From contig OZ316896.1 in the NCBI GenBank assembly GCA_973895155.1, positions 14,230,584 through 14,294,583 on the forward strand: 64,000 nt of DNA. The letters are read 5' to 3'. Under the pieces are notes generated by a model. That model ran no database searches. It was not told the DNA's origin and saw nothing but the letters and a program-made list of their open reading frames with translations. Source of the stretch: Marsupella aquatica. Its lineage: Eukaryota; Plantae; Marchantiophyta. How positions within the stretch are numbered: the first letter of the stretch is position 1; the number at the start of each line of letters is the position of its first letter. Shown piece after piece: positions 50,201 to 63,615 of the stretch. The translations under genes were made by a program, and so were the position numbers.

Positions 50201-53164
50201 GAAGCAAAATTTTACTGTGTTGTTGATATGTTGCTGATAATTAACTTTATACAGGCACATTAGAGGTTTGTTTGTCAGGCACTCTTAACAAACCTTTAAT
50301 CCAACTATACCTTGGAGTCCCTTGTAATTTATTTTCCAATCCATCTTCTCTTTGGCTGGTTATAACAGGTTGTCGATTGCACAACAAAGTTTGACATATT
50401 CCCGGTAACTCATATGAACTTTTGTTTGCTCCATTGTGAGACCCATTTTGCTGTTTTGAAGTCTTTCACTCAAATACTTCAGAAGGTCCCTTCCAAAGTC
50501 TTTTCAAAGTTCTAAAATGATGCTTCTTTTGAAAAAAGAGGTACTGACGACCTGGAAAGTCTTTCTGATAAGCAGGTGGAAATTGATACTCTTTTGGTAC
50601 CTGCCAAAGCATCTTCATTTTGGCTGAACCTTCATTTTAGAGAAGATGTCTACTCATTCAATGCCAATACAATTTCATGTAAAGGTATGAAACAGAATGA
50701 GGGGTTAAATGGGCCTATAAATTCTTGAATTTTTATCATACTATCATACTATCCCCCTCAAAAGATTTTTAAATTAAAAAAAAGGGAAATTTGTGAACCC
50801 CACAGAAAGGGAAGTGTCAACCACAATAGTTCAAATCAAGACCTATCAGTCTCTACTCAAGTACTCTACCACAATGTCTCCCCTCAAAAGAAAATTTAAC
50901 TTAGTTCAGCATGAAACTTTGCAGTTGTTCTTTTCAATCACAACGGGATGTCCAAGGAAGTTGAAAAGCTGGTTGAAATTCCTCTCCATAACCACCACAA
51001 GCCACAGGTAATGACCATCCTTATCCAAAAGAAATCCATGATGATTGACTCAACAAAGTGAGTAGTGTGTTGGGACCTGAAAAACCTGTATACTAGAGCA
51101 AGGTAATCAAGAATGATATGGCACAGATTTGAGAATATACCCCACACAAGGTAGGGAATTGGGAGGGGACGCAAAAATTACTTAATCAAGAATAATTGTT
51201 ATAGATTTGAGGATATACCCCACACAAGGAAGTTGAGAGGGGTAAAAAATAGACAAGAGAGGGAGGGACGTTGGGCAAAGGACGTAATCAAGAATAATAT
51301 GGGACTGATTTGAGGATACGCCCACACAAGGTAGTTGGGGGAGGTAGAAAATAGACATGTGAGGGAGAGAAGGAAGCAGGGCAAAGGGCGTATTCAGGAG
51401 CGTATACCCCACACAAAGTAGTTGGGAGGGGTACAAAACAGACAAGAGAGGGAGGGAGGCCAAACCTTCATTCAGTCAGTGGTTTCAGGGTTGTGTTGGA
51501 GATTCTCTAATAATTCATTGTTGAAAGACAGGAAGAGGATATAAAGCGGGGGATGGCAGCCAGTAGACCCAAACTAGCCCCCATACTTGTTGATTAACAG
51601 TAGAAAATCATTTTATCAACTACCCCCTAAAGCCTATATGCAGGGAGACAGATTGGACTTGATGATCTCTAGCCATTCCATGTGATCTACCTTAATCCTT
51701 TCACCAATCTGCAGCATGTAGTAGAGCCATACCAAATGAAATGGAGCCTGTTCAACAATTTCCAGCAGGTAGTACTGCCATACCAAATGAAATGGAGCCT
51801 CTTCAACTCCAGCTCTTGGTGTTTCATTTGGTGTGACACCCAACAGAGTGGTAAAATAGCTGCTCCACCACCAGCTGGACTAGATCCATGCGTGGGGTAA
51901 GTTTCCACCATCACAAGCTCAGAATCTGACTTAACTTGCTATGACCATGTATGCTAAACTACCCTAGTTGCTAGAGACCCGCCAGGACTCTCAGACTTAA
52001 ATTATTTGAGGACCTGGTGGTTCATGCGTTTCATTGCTAAGGTCTGAATCTGAGTTACGAATGCTCACACTTACTTATGTGAGGGCCAGGTGGTTCATGC
52101 GTTTCATTGCTAAGGTCTGAATCTGAGTTACGAATTGCATTCGTTCTAGCAATCAAAGGAATGGAGATTCTCTTATTTGCGAAGGCATGCCTACTTATTG
52201 CAGGAATTGCACACAAGCCTTTGATGCCGTATGCTTCATAAAAAACTGGTGTGGGCAAAAAATTTTGAGGATGATTGGAATTATCATATCCTTAATTGTT
52301 GGTACTGATCACATTCTCTAATCCATGATTGATCACAAACAACCCAAGACATTCTTATGGTTTGTAGAAGAAGAGTCTGATGCCACCAGCCTTTAATTAG
52401 ATTTACAATCTCATGCTATGTTAGGCACGGTCAAGTGCAGCACGAGAATTGCTAAAAAGCTGGATACTTAAACAATCTAAAATGGTTCTCCAAGTCAAAT
52501 TATGGAGCTTAGACGTTCAGAATGGATAGATCAAATCTTCGAAATTCAAATTTGGGCTAACTTACCGATCTCTGGAAGCTGGGTCTCCCAAGCTTGCAAG
52601 TGATTATGAAGAAGCGCTGGAATTGAGTTTAGTTCGACTAATGACAGTGGCCTCTGCACTGTCTCTAGCTTATTGCAACCAATAGATCAATTGACTGTCA
52701 CTCCTCTATTTCAATGGATGGGTGCAGGAGTGTTCATCGTGTTTTTGCTGTACCAGTCGGGGACTCTGAGCCTAATGTGGGAGTACTTCAGTGTTTGTAT
52801 CGGTAAAACTACAAAGAAGGCATCGAAGGCTGGTAGAAGTGTGGCACGGGCACAAAGGAAGAGACAAAAGAAAAGAACTAGGGAAGAAATGAAAGAAAGT
52901 AAGGATATGGCAAGGAGTGAGTTTTTAGACGAGAAATTAATGGCTGAAGAAGACGAGGATTTTGACGAACTTGTATTAGGAGTGAAAAAAGGCAAGAAAA
53001 AGAAGGGTCGCAGGAAAGGAGGTAAGAAACGCCGTAACAAAGGCAAGAAGCGAAAAAGGAAGGGCAAGAAACGAAAGCCAAAGAAGAAGAAGAGGGAAAA
53101 AGACAATGACGACACCGAAAGTGAAAGTGACCATGATGATGACAGCGAAGATGATTCCGACTAA
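41289..53164 (+). CDS. HAP2: HAP2/GCS1 class II gamete fusogen, 18 exons, ~794 aa
   Basis: Phase-consistent GT-AG exons: 41289-41555, 42229-42369, 42627-42712, 43057-43096, 43367-43472, 44122-44182, 44790-44901, 45495-45635, 47900-48082, 48255-48335, 49393-49496, 49964-50081, 50369-50404, 50576-50684, 50925-51007, 51715-51896, 52204-52301, 52728-53164 (2385 nt). Motifs: DSQGFCC, SAHCLRF, FTLDGQECDKIGVSYKAF, LELQADD, TM segment, basic tail. Confidence 0.93.
48583..49047. mobile_element. MITE/foldback element with ~140-bp imperfect terminal inverted repeats in HAP2 intron 10
   Basis: TTTTACTAACCTGTCCCC..ATTATCAACCTGTCCCCCATTTTGTA..CAGTATTAACTTGTATACT is mirrored by its reverse complement at ~48935-49047. 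Confidence 0.75.
51100..51460 (+). repeat. Degenerate ~90-105 bp tandem repeats in HAP2 intron 15
   Basis: Four units containing ATACCCCACACAAGGTAG. Confidence 0.75.
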
Positions 53165-54715
53165 AAAAGAGTGAAGATCTACACTACACAAACCATGCAT
53201 AGGGAAAATTCGTAGCATGCGTGTACCGGGGATGAAGTAGGCACAGACACGGTTTTGTAAAGTTTGGATCAACAGTAGAATTGTTACTTGGCAACGAAGA
53301 ACACATACACAGCAGAACACTACATCCCCTCATGGTGGGAATTTATCTTAGTGGGATACTCCGGGCCAAGTGCCATTTATAAATGATAGATCCTACACAT
53401 GGGAAAGTATGTGCGTCATGAAATGCGACCATCAATCTCGGGTACACTGTAACATGAGCTTCGACTACGCTATGATCAGAGCCAGGGAAACTCAGCAAGA
53501 ACCAAGGTCTAGAACCGAGCTTTCGCTTAAGAATCTCCCGAACGATGAGAGAGCTTCGCAGACACCGGTCCCAAAACTGTGTTCTAACCTGTGAAATGAA
53601 CATTGCCTTCAGATTCGGGAAAGACCCGAGTATAGAAGATGGCACGGTATTCAAGTGACCCCTGGCGGAGATTACCCGACTCTACAGTACCTCTAACCGT
53701 CCAAAAGATGCCATACTAGATCACGTGACCCTTACTGCAGCTTAGGTGCCTCTTGTTGGTTTGTGACGCAGTGTACAAGATAGCACAGTAGATCAAATGG
53801 AACCCTATTGCAATTTAGCTTAATCCAGTGTTAAGTTGACACGGCAGCAAAAAACTGCACAAGGGATAACTCAAGAGATGGAATTCAACAATGTGGTCTA
53901 AAATTTTCATTGATCATGTCCTGTTACAAGAAGGGTAAGAACAATGCTGAAGTCCGACGACTGCGTAAAATCACGTGAGCTAGGTCATTTCATACCTCAT
54001 GGACACAATGAGATGATAACACAAGAGCTCATCAGGACAGGCCATCCTATGGTATCTGCTTCGTCACAGCTGGAGCATAAATCCCATTTGGAAGAGCTCC
54101 CATCAATGAAATGACTGGACTGTCTCATGACTAATAGTTGATGTGTAGAATCAAAGATCAAGAGTCCTTCGGCACGTCTCATGTCTGGCAGAAACTCAAA
54201 CGAGAACCCTTTCCAGAGATAGTTAAAAGGCCAAAATCTAAAACAGATCAATCTCAGGACGGTATTTGAATGCATTGTGGAAACTGTAATGGTAATACAC
54301 AAGGAATTTTCTCAGTGTTACATATTCTGCCTTTGGTAGATCGGTTGTCAATCGATGATGACCACCCGCAGCGCCTCCACAAAAAGTTTCCAAAGAGGTT
54401 CAAGGGCCAAGTTCAGGCAAGTTATGCCCACCTTATCCTCGGATGAAGATCGTTTAAGACTTAAATATGTTTTAGAGAAGGGTAGTAGCCATTGATTTGT
54501 GGGGAGAATAACGTTACGGATTGCAAGCTTATGTGAGGCCTGTGTGAGCAAGACGAGTAGGCGTTGAAGCCGTAGCCTCTAGATTGCAGGGAGCACTTTA
54601 CAACCGTATTTCTCGGGTAAGCAGTTATCACATTTTCCTGATTTTCCTTGAATATTGGATATATTCCTGTCAGCACACAGGCACACTCTCCGGCACACTC
54701 CCAACTCCATTGGAT

Positions 54716-57700
54716 CTATGTCTTCTTGAAGAAGGACATAATGTTACCCTGTCCTTTACCTGGTTTACCTGTCGACTTGGCAGACGTTTTGGTGCTGCTT
54801 TTATTTGCAGCACTCTTGGAGGGTGCGATCGAAGGCTTCTGTACAGCTTGCGGCCTGCAGGACAAAAGGTCAAGTCCTGGTGAGAAACCTTTGTTGTGTT
54901 ACGAAGTTAAATCCTTGGGAGCGGACAAGAAATCTCGTCATTGCTACGAACGATGAATCTAAAACTTGTAAACTCCATATCATAGACGAATATATCCGCA
55001 TTTTACACGTACAAACGACGCTCCAGACATTCTTGTGGAGCACATACTTTGCAGCTGGAGGTGGTTTGTTTTTATTTTCTTTAAAAGATGCCGCTGACTG
55101 CTTGGCCGCATCATGCTTGTCCTTCTCAACGTTTTCTTTTTCTTCTCCCTCTGTCTCCCAAACTACCTCTGTCACTGAACAGATCATAAACAGAAAATAA
55201 TGTTCATTAATCTGGAGAGACGATGAGGCACCAGGGCTTGGTTAGGAGGGACAAAATAGACATTCGAGAGCAGGCGACCAAAGATTTTCAAAGCTCTGTC
55301 CATTCGACATTTTCTACGATGAATCCAAGGACATCATTCTATAGGTTGGCGTGAGAAGTCAAGCATATACCTTCCCTACCACGCTCGTCAATTCGAGTCT
55401 TGAGGACTTTCTTCCTCTTGGATCCAACTCTTGCAGGATCAGGCACCGATGTGGCACGATGCATTTCCGTCTCTGGTGCATTTTCCCTGTTTGCCTTAAC
55501 CTTGGAGCCGACATCCGGCCCAAGAGTCGCCTCGTGTTTCCCTGATTTTCCTTTAACTTTGGGAATATTCCTGTCAGCACTTGGGCACCTCTCCGACACA
55601 CTAGAGACTCCTTCAACTTTGCCACCAGTTCCACCTACATGTCTTCCTTTCTCTGGCGACTCTGGTGTACCTAATCTAACAATTGTCTCTGAATCATCAT
55701 CCTCAGCAGAACCATCATCATCGTCACCATCATCCACAATCATTCGACGCCTCCTTCCGCCACCATTGACTACCTGTCCTCTTCTTAGAGAGGCAAATTC
55801 ACTCGCCATATCATCTTCACTGCCATCTTCAGCCTCCAAAACCTGTATCCGTGCCTCAGCATCACCTACACCAAAAACCGTTTCCTTCGTCAACACCCTA
55901 GATAACGCTTGTCTGTGCTAACAAGGAGAGCGAAAAGCGCTCTCGAATAATGCACATTGCAAATAACACCGATCATCTCACTTAAATCAACACTACATCA
56001 TGAGGTACACAGGTGACTATTTGCCGGGGTCCATTAGACGCTGTCCAGTCAAGACACTTTTCGCCCACACTGTCAAACACATATCAAGCAGGACATAGCA
56101 GCACTCGACTGCGTGGCGCAGTTTGGATAGCCTAGTAAACATTTTCAAGTAATTCAGAACTGGGAGTAGCCAGGGTAGTTACCAGCCAAAGCAGCAGTCC
56201 GAGGCGAATTTGAGGCGGCGTTAGAGGCAGCAACTATTTCAGGACCTTCTGCTTTGGACTTGGCAGGTGCCTTCCCCCACATGCTCGCCAGTGAATTACT
56301 ACCTCCAAGAACCCCAACTGTGACAGCAGGTGTCTTTCTTTTCCCAATAACAACAGGCCCGGACGACTCCCTTGACTCATTGTGCGGTGTCCGTGGGGGT
56401 AAAGACGATTTAGTCAGTTTCTTTCCACCTGATCCATCCCTCGGAGTTGTTTCTGAGTTCTTTGGAGGTAGTGCCGGGACTGGCGTGCTGGGTAATTGGG
56501 CTTTCTGTACGGGAACACTGGACGGAAGAGGCGTTTTGGCAGGCTCGCTGGGAACTGGAAGCCGAGGCGGTGGAGGAGAGTTCACACGAGAATTCGGCCT
56601 TGTCGACAGCCGATGGACAAGTTCACACGTCACAGCACTGAATCTGCAAGAGCACCCAGTCAAGCTGCACATTAATAGACCCGGTCACGTCACAGCACTG
56701 AATCTGCAAGAGCACCCAGTCAAGCTGCACATTTATAGACCCGGTACATCCCATTCCACCAAAAGGTTTTCCGATCGATTTTACACCCTCCAGTCTTACA
56801 TCTCTTGCAATCGTTATCGTTTCCAGACTAATCTGACCCCAAAATCGTTCAAGGGGCGTAAGACTGGAGAGGGATCTTCCCTTCAAATGTATTTGATAAG
56901 AGCATCAGTACTCGGCTCCACACACCTATTGTCACGAAGGCAATTGTTACTCTCTGCGGACTCATTGAACAGCTGCTCTGCTTGAACGAAGTCAGGACTC
57001 CACAGCTGAGCGGGATCATTGGGCAAACAGCGCTGCACACTGTAAACATGGATCGATGGAGGATCTTTCAGTGCGGCCTTGACCTCTGGACACACCAAAT
57101 CCATGTTTTTGTTAGTCATGCTTAGCAGAATGAGTGATAGTGAAGAATACCATAAAATCATGGACTTGAAAATCTACGACCCAACTGGGGAAAAGAAGGA
57201 AGCCTTCTGACGGCTATTAGGGCAAGAACCACTGTCTCGAAATAATTTGTGAAGTACGTTCCTGTTTCTCCAGACGCATACCTGCTACTTTTGGTTTTGA
57301 TACGAGTTGAATCGTGTAAGCTTGAGGTTCCTCCTTTGACCATCCCGATATAGCATAAACGACTTGTAAGTCCGAATTCTCATTATTTTTAGCGAACTTT
57401 AGAAGCAGCCTGCCATGGAAACCTCAACCATCAGACCTAAACACTGGGTCATCAGAATGTGACCACATCAAGCTGAGCAATAGTTCGCTTAGGAAAAGGA
57501 TAGATTCGACGAAAATAAAAATTCAGTAAAGAAAGTACAGAGCATTACCGTTTAGCTGCGTTAGAGGAAAGCGAAAAGTTCCGACTCAACCATTTGTAAG
57601 ATACCTGTCCAAAAAATTCTAGTTAGGTCTGGACAACCGAGGACTACTTTGGTCATCAGTGGAGATCAATGCAAGCATTGAGTGACCAAACAGAGAACCA

Positions 57701-57960
57701 CAAATGACTGCCTGTACCCAATACAGTACTATGTTCGCGACGGTGAGAACGAATCAGCGGTCCACCGAGACAAGGATTGGGAGGAATAATCATTCCGTAT
57801 TTGGGACAGAGGAGTTCACTGGAGCAAACAAACCACAGAAAGACATAAACACAGAACAACAGCAGAGAGGGAGGAAGAGAGAGACCACATTGAGCGAATC
57901 AAAAACCAGTCCCTCGATTTGAAGCAGGATCTCCCCCTCTGACGGTACGCTTTCCGCCAT
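54716..57960 (-). CDS. POLD3: DNA polymerase delta subunit 3 (Cdc27/p66), 8 exons, ~546 aa
   Basis: Exons 57960-57886, 57604-57549, 57409-57282, 57085-56926, 56643-56183, 55865-55371, 55174-55048, 54854-54716 are phase-consistent. Motifs: VSYKWLSRNFSLSSNAAKR, HVYSVQ, KRKKVLKTRIDERGREVTEVVWE, C-terminal PIP box QGNIMSFF. Confidence 0.95.
56626..56745. repeat. 60-bp tandem duplication spanning a POLD3 splice acceptor
   Basis: 56626-56685 and 56686-56745 differ at one base. Confidence 0.95.
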
Positions 57961-59734
57961 GTCTGCCGTGGCACTTCCTCCCAACAGCCCGAGCCACAGA
58001 ATCTGGAGGGGAATCGCCTCTAGCCTCCAGTACGCAGAAACTGAAATTGTTCGCAAACAATTACCACTCTCAATGCGTGGAAGCAAGCGTGGTCCCGGGC
58101 CAAGCAGACGAAACTAACACCCGCTGCAGCAACATGAGCACATCAAGCACTCGCGGCATCACTACGGTGGCACAAAACCCAAAAGCCGCTATCCAACAAA
58201 ACGACCGACTCAAAATGGTGCAACACTTCCTCAACAGATGGTCAGCCAGGTGGTACCATATCATACCTGTCCGTAATTCGTGAAATGTTGTTGAGCCCTC
58301 TAGGGGACCCCACACAGGTCGCCACCATCAACGCCACAGCTTAACACTTCCAAAAGAGGACCGCTTCATGACCGGCGTCTGCCCATCCCAATTCATCATC
58401 GACAAGCGATGGCCAGACTGCAGGCGACCGGCATCGCATCGCAGCCAGCAGCAGAGACACCACCCAACCGTAAGGAAGATCGTACAGAAAAGACTACTCA
58501 ATCGCAACCCCAATTTCAAAATTCGCCTCCGAATTTCACGTGCGGGCGTTGTCACACTCGCTCAAGCTGGTCTGCTCCCAGGCCCGCCAGACAAAATTCA
58601 ACTGCGTCGGGGAACGACATGCTCGTCTTCTTCTCTCTCTAAAATCTGGTTTCGACCGGAGGCAGAAAACGGGTGGTGATGCAGCCTCAGAAATGGGAAA
58701 TCCCCCAAGAAAAAGACATTGACATGCTCGTCGTCGCTGTGCTCAACAGCGGAAGACTCTGCAACTGCAGCGCGACCTCAAAGAAGCGGAAGCAGCGGCG
58801 AATCGAGAAGGAACCGAGGAGGAGTGTCGAGATTCGTGAAGGATAGAGGGAGTTTTCGAAGTGGAATGCAGAGGTTGTGTCACGAGTGAGAAGAAGTAAC
58901 GTAAAGTGAGCAGTGGTACAGTAGAGGAGAAGGCTCCCGCCATCTTTGAAATCGGAGTATTTGGAGTTGTGCTTTACCCGCGTGAATTGAATTGTCTCGT
59001 GGTGTCCCTTTCGAATGTTTCGTAAACGGAACAGTGGTTACCGGTAGGTTAGTATTTTTACTGCTATCTTATCTTACTTATAATAAAGCAAGTTAGAGTT
59101 GGGGCCTAGGGTTCTAAAATGAAGTATCTAGATAATAATTCCATGGCTCATCATGTGTATGTAAAAATATAATCTATGTGAAATGATAATCATCCATATT
59201 TTTGTAATGATTTTATGCACTTTACATCATAATTAATGTTATGTTCAAATTAGTGTTAGTTACATTAATTTATGTGAACTTGATCTGGAAACAAAAGGAA
59301 CACTAATTGGTGTAGGTTTTCAAACAAAAAAAATTTAGATTTTGTTTAAATGTTTTGTTCAACATATTATTGTAGAGCATCTGAAGGTGAAAGCTCTATA
59401 GTCATGGAGGGCTAGAGTATCTAATAAGGATTTGAGGGCTTCGCAACATTTACTCCCACGCACAATAGTTTTTGGAGGTTTTATTTCACATCCAACAGTA
59501 GAGTATTTGGAGGTGCAAAGAGCTCTATAGTTGTGGAGGCTAAAGCATCTGTTAGGGATTCTTTTTGGTCAGCTCACATTGAACTACTGTTCACATTGTG
59601 CTCATCAATCAATGTTAGCCTGAATGAGAGTGACAACTAAATACCCTAACAAAGAGCCTGTGATGAGAGGCCTGGTTGCCAAGAACACTTGAAGTCCCGT
59701 CATTCTGGCGCCGTGCAATACAAGTAAAAAAGTC

Positions 59735-59880
59735 ACGTGAATTAGTGTTACATAACACTATTTGGCGCGCGTCGAATTAGTGTTTGTTCGGAATTAGTGT
59801 GACTAACACTAATTCGCGAATAGACCCCAAAAATGGGCACTCTCAAATTAGTGTTACTCACACTAATTACGATGAATAGT
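59735..59880. repeat. Clustered AATTAGTGT-N-ACACTAATT palindromes (probable small non-autonomous element)
   Basis: 3-4 copies; a related cluster lies at ~44320-44600. Confidence 0.6.
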
Positions 59881-62850
59881 GCATTTATATTATAAAATGT
59901 ACTCTATGGTCCCACCATAACATATGTGCATAGAAAAGAGTATGGTTTGTTATGGATGATTATTAAAATGATGACAGGTATGATGATTTTTTTATTATTT
60001 CATTAATCTTCAAAGAATGTGAATAAGTAATACTTTTGGTGACATTTTTATTGTACTCTCCCCTATTCATGTTCAAAGAACTGGTAGTCGGGGCTAGTTC
60101 TCATAATGCGCTGCCCAACTTTTTCCTACTCATGCTACTATTGTCATTATCTTATGCCCAAAAATGTATAGCCACAGAGCTTTTCTTAGGACCAAAAACA
60201 CACACAAAACCAGCCCATGACTCTCTAAAGGTTGTTGTCTAACCCCGTATCCAGAAGGTTCTATCTGGATCTATTTCTCAACCACAAGATTCAGGGTTGT
60301 GGTAACTGCACATCAAAAAGCAACAATAGCAAGATACTTTAAAAGGAACAACACTCAGTGATATAAAAGAAAATAAGGTTTCTGTGTATGGCAAATAGGT
60401 TCAACCTGTAAGCACTTGCCATGTAGCAAAGTACACCATGTGCTATTGCTTTTTGATATGCAATTTACCGTCAGGCTAAAACTCACTCACCAAAACCAAT
60501 GACTGGGCATGGGTGCCAGCCTAGTGACCCCTCCCCTCCCCCCCTGCCCTCCCCTCCGACCTCTGTTATCCTACAAATTGAGGCACACTCCCAAGATGGT
60601 GTACAGAACATATGAATGGTTTGAAATCCATCAGGCCACGAAGCGGCTTGATGGTTTTGCCTTGCTTAGGATCATAAAAAATAAAATTAATCATATGGCT
60701 TGGAGTCTGCTAAACAAGTTGCAATTATTAAATTGATTCATATAAGGAACTTGCATTTTCTATCTACCAATTCATCTTTGTTTATGCAACTAACTATCAG
60801 TTTAGTATCGCTTTGGCGTTCATTTCGTCACTATGAGCCTCGAGCTCACACTGTGTAGTGGTAACTTGGTTTGCTATCCTGAATTGCAAAAAGATATTTC
60901 TACTTGCTTCTAAACTTTGATGGGTGGCCACTAAATATTCTACCTACCAAAAGTTTTCTCAATCTAATTTTACAGTAAAAAAGATGTGTTTGTGGCCAAT
61001 TCCATTGGATTTTCCTTCCCAATCCCCAAAAGTACCCAGCTGGGCTTATGCAAATATTTATTTAAGTCCCCCTGAGTACAAAGGGTCTTGAGTTGAGGGT
61101 CTTCAGTTATGATGCTTCCATGGACCTTAGATAGAAACCAACCAACCAGGATAATTAACAATACTCTTTGTGACATTGTGAGTAAAATTGCAGTCCATCC
61201 TAGTTGTAAAAACAGATGGGAGCATTATGGCGAACCTAGAGGTCCACCTGGGTTTCATTTGAGGGGTCTTCCATTTAAATGATTTCTGACTTCTCCTTAA
61301 TGAGGGCCTTTTGAAGTTATAATTTTCAAGTGAAGCCACCAAGTGTCCAATTTGCAAACAGCCAAGGAGTGGAAACACCAGCACCACCTATCATGCCCCC
61401 ACAACCGTGACAGTATTTAGAGACCATCTTGGGTCTAAATGGGTCCTACTTAGCCACATGTGGTACTCAGACAGTTAGGTAGGTAGAATATTTAGTCAAT
61501 CCTGAATAGAGCTGGGTCAGCCCAAGACTTTATATAAACATACAAGGATGAGTTGGCAGGACTAGTCACATTTTCCTCAAATATGTTGGCAATCAGCAGA
61601 TATGCCCTAGAGTAAAAATAAGAGTTTGCTGCATTTCTTGCAATTGTATCTTATAGCACATGTATGTGTAATTTTGCCCTGTTCGAGATTTGGTTTCGCC
61701 ATGATGCCTGTAACAGAAAGCAGGAGATGCATATCCTACAATGCCGATGTTGAGATGGGCACTTCAGATCCATTTCTCTACAGAATTGAACGCTGTATTT
61801 GGCCAATCTCACTGTGAGCTTCCACACTTGCATTTGCAGAATTGACTTTGAAATCAGTTGGCCAATCTCATTGAGAGAGTCCACACTTGCATGAGCAGAA
61901 TTGACTATGAAATCAGTTGCCTCACGTTGGAACTGAGGTAGAATCAGACGGGCACTTCAGAGATCCATGTGTTAAAGTCACCAGTCAAGAATAGATCTGG
62001 CCTAGATTGATATACATTCGCGAGGCACTAAAAGCTTCCGTCTATCACCACATCCCTTGTCCAGGAATTGGCTTGTCATCTCTGGGAAATCCAAAGCAAC
62101 TTTCAACATCCTAGTATAAGAGTGACTCTTTCTGATAAGTGGTGAGGTTCTTCAACAAAAGCTGAAGCTCTGTTGTCCTGCTTAACAATGTACTCCTAAA
62201 CTAACCAAATCGTATGTCGAGCAAGAGAAAGATCCTCGAGGCATTTGCAATGGATATAGCTTACTGCGCTATACTGCCACCATGTGATATACCTCACTGC
62301 TGAAGTTCTGTTAGCTCGTCTTCATCAGCACTGGAAGATATCCAGGAAGCTTGTTCAGCAGAGATGAAGTTCAGATATGGACTCACAATCTAACAATGTA
62401 CTGCACTATCTATGATCTTGCTGAGGTTGGACCCACTGATTGCAAACAGGTGACTGCTTACCATCGGTGACTCACTCATATTCCAAGCTTCTACGGGAGA
62501 ATGTGTCAAATTGTTTCAGATGTAGATCTTCAGAATCTACTGCAATATCTAATCTCTTCACTTATTTTTCAGAAGGAATGTCTGCAGTGGTGAGGGACTT
62601 CCGGTCCTGAGTTCGGCTACTCCTCCTGCAGAAACAATTGTTTTCTATAATGTGTTGCGTTTTTTCTTGACGCCACGATGAATTATGTAGATTGCAGCGG
62701 GGGTTAATCCCTCACAAAGCAGTCGAGGACCTCATCTCTTCATGATGACAATGCAGGCAGGTGGAGGTGCTGACAACTCGCCCTGGAGAGCTTCGCAACT
62801 AGCAGTGAATCATACTATGTACACAGTGATGCGGACCATGGACATAAAAT

Positions 62851-63615
62851 CTAATTCTCATGATCCGAATCCGACGAAGCCGAGGCAAACTCTTTGAAAC
62901 TCCTACGAAGGCTCGTGACCCTCGAACTTTTCCTTAGAGGTCGGTCCCTTAAACTGAATTCCTCCCAATTCACTTCGCTTTCAGTGTCATCGGCATCAGG
63001 CAGAGCTCTCTCGACCCGCCCTCGCTGAACAGGAAACTCGATGGATTGCGAAAGAACTGCGGGTGATGGCAGTGAGACAGCCAGGGGTGATGATGATTGC
63101 GAAACCGGCTTCAGAGGACTTGTAGCGTGCAGCCTCGGAGACGTCCTTCGGGGGCTGGGTCCGTCCTCTTCACCCCATTCGCCCATGACTGGATGGATGG
63201 CCATGGATCTCTTGGTTACAATTCCTGGGGACTCAGCTGCACCTTTGCGCTGACGTCCTTTAACCACACCCGCTTTGCCCTTCCGCTTCATGGACTTTGG
63301 AGAAGGTTTCTTTGATGCCGAATCAGGCGAGGATTTCATGGGAGATATCTTAGATTTCTTCCCTGCTTTCTCAGGGCTCTCGTCCTCATCCTCCTCCATG
63401 TTCTTCAATTTGCTCAGCCTCCCTTCGATCTTCCCCTGCATGCGTTTCTTCTTGTAGGAGAGCCCACCCATAGCCCAATTAGCCTCTTTGGCCCAGCGGA
63501 GGAGAGAGTCATTGACGGCCACCGGAGGGCATACTCTGTCCTGATCTCCGCCTTCGAGGAAACGCGGCCTAGGAAGGGAAATACCATAGAATCGAACAGG
63601 CTTCAAGGGATTCAT
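62851..63615 (-). CDS. Conserved uncharacterised plant protein, 254 aa, basic low-complexity C-terminus
   Basis: Single-exon ORF with N-terminal RFYGxSLPRPR..DRVxPP..LLxWAxEAxWxMGGLS..RxQGxIEG, a block I recognise from land-plant proteins of unknown function. Confidence 0.85.
   Translation of the reverse strand: MNPLKPVRFYGISLPRPRFLEGGDQDRVCPPVAVNDSLLRWAKEANWAMGGLSYKKKRMQGKIEGRLSKLKNMEEDEDESPEKAGKKSKISPMKSSPDSASKKPSPKSMKRKGKAGVVKGRQRKGAAESPGIVTKRSMAIHPVMGEWGEEDGPSPRRTSPRLHATSPLKPVSQSSSPLAVSLPSPAVLSQSIEFPVQRGRVERALPDADDTESEVNWEEFSLRDRPLRKSSRVTSLRRSFKEFASASSDSDHEN

Noticed and set aside
52711-53320. Phe/Leu-rich minus-strand ORFs
   Set aside because: Antisense shadows of the Lys-rich HAP2 tail
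55351-56985. Plus-strand ORFs of 173 and 243 aa
   Set aside because: Antisense to POLD3 exons
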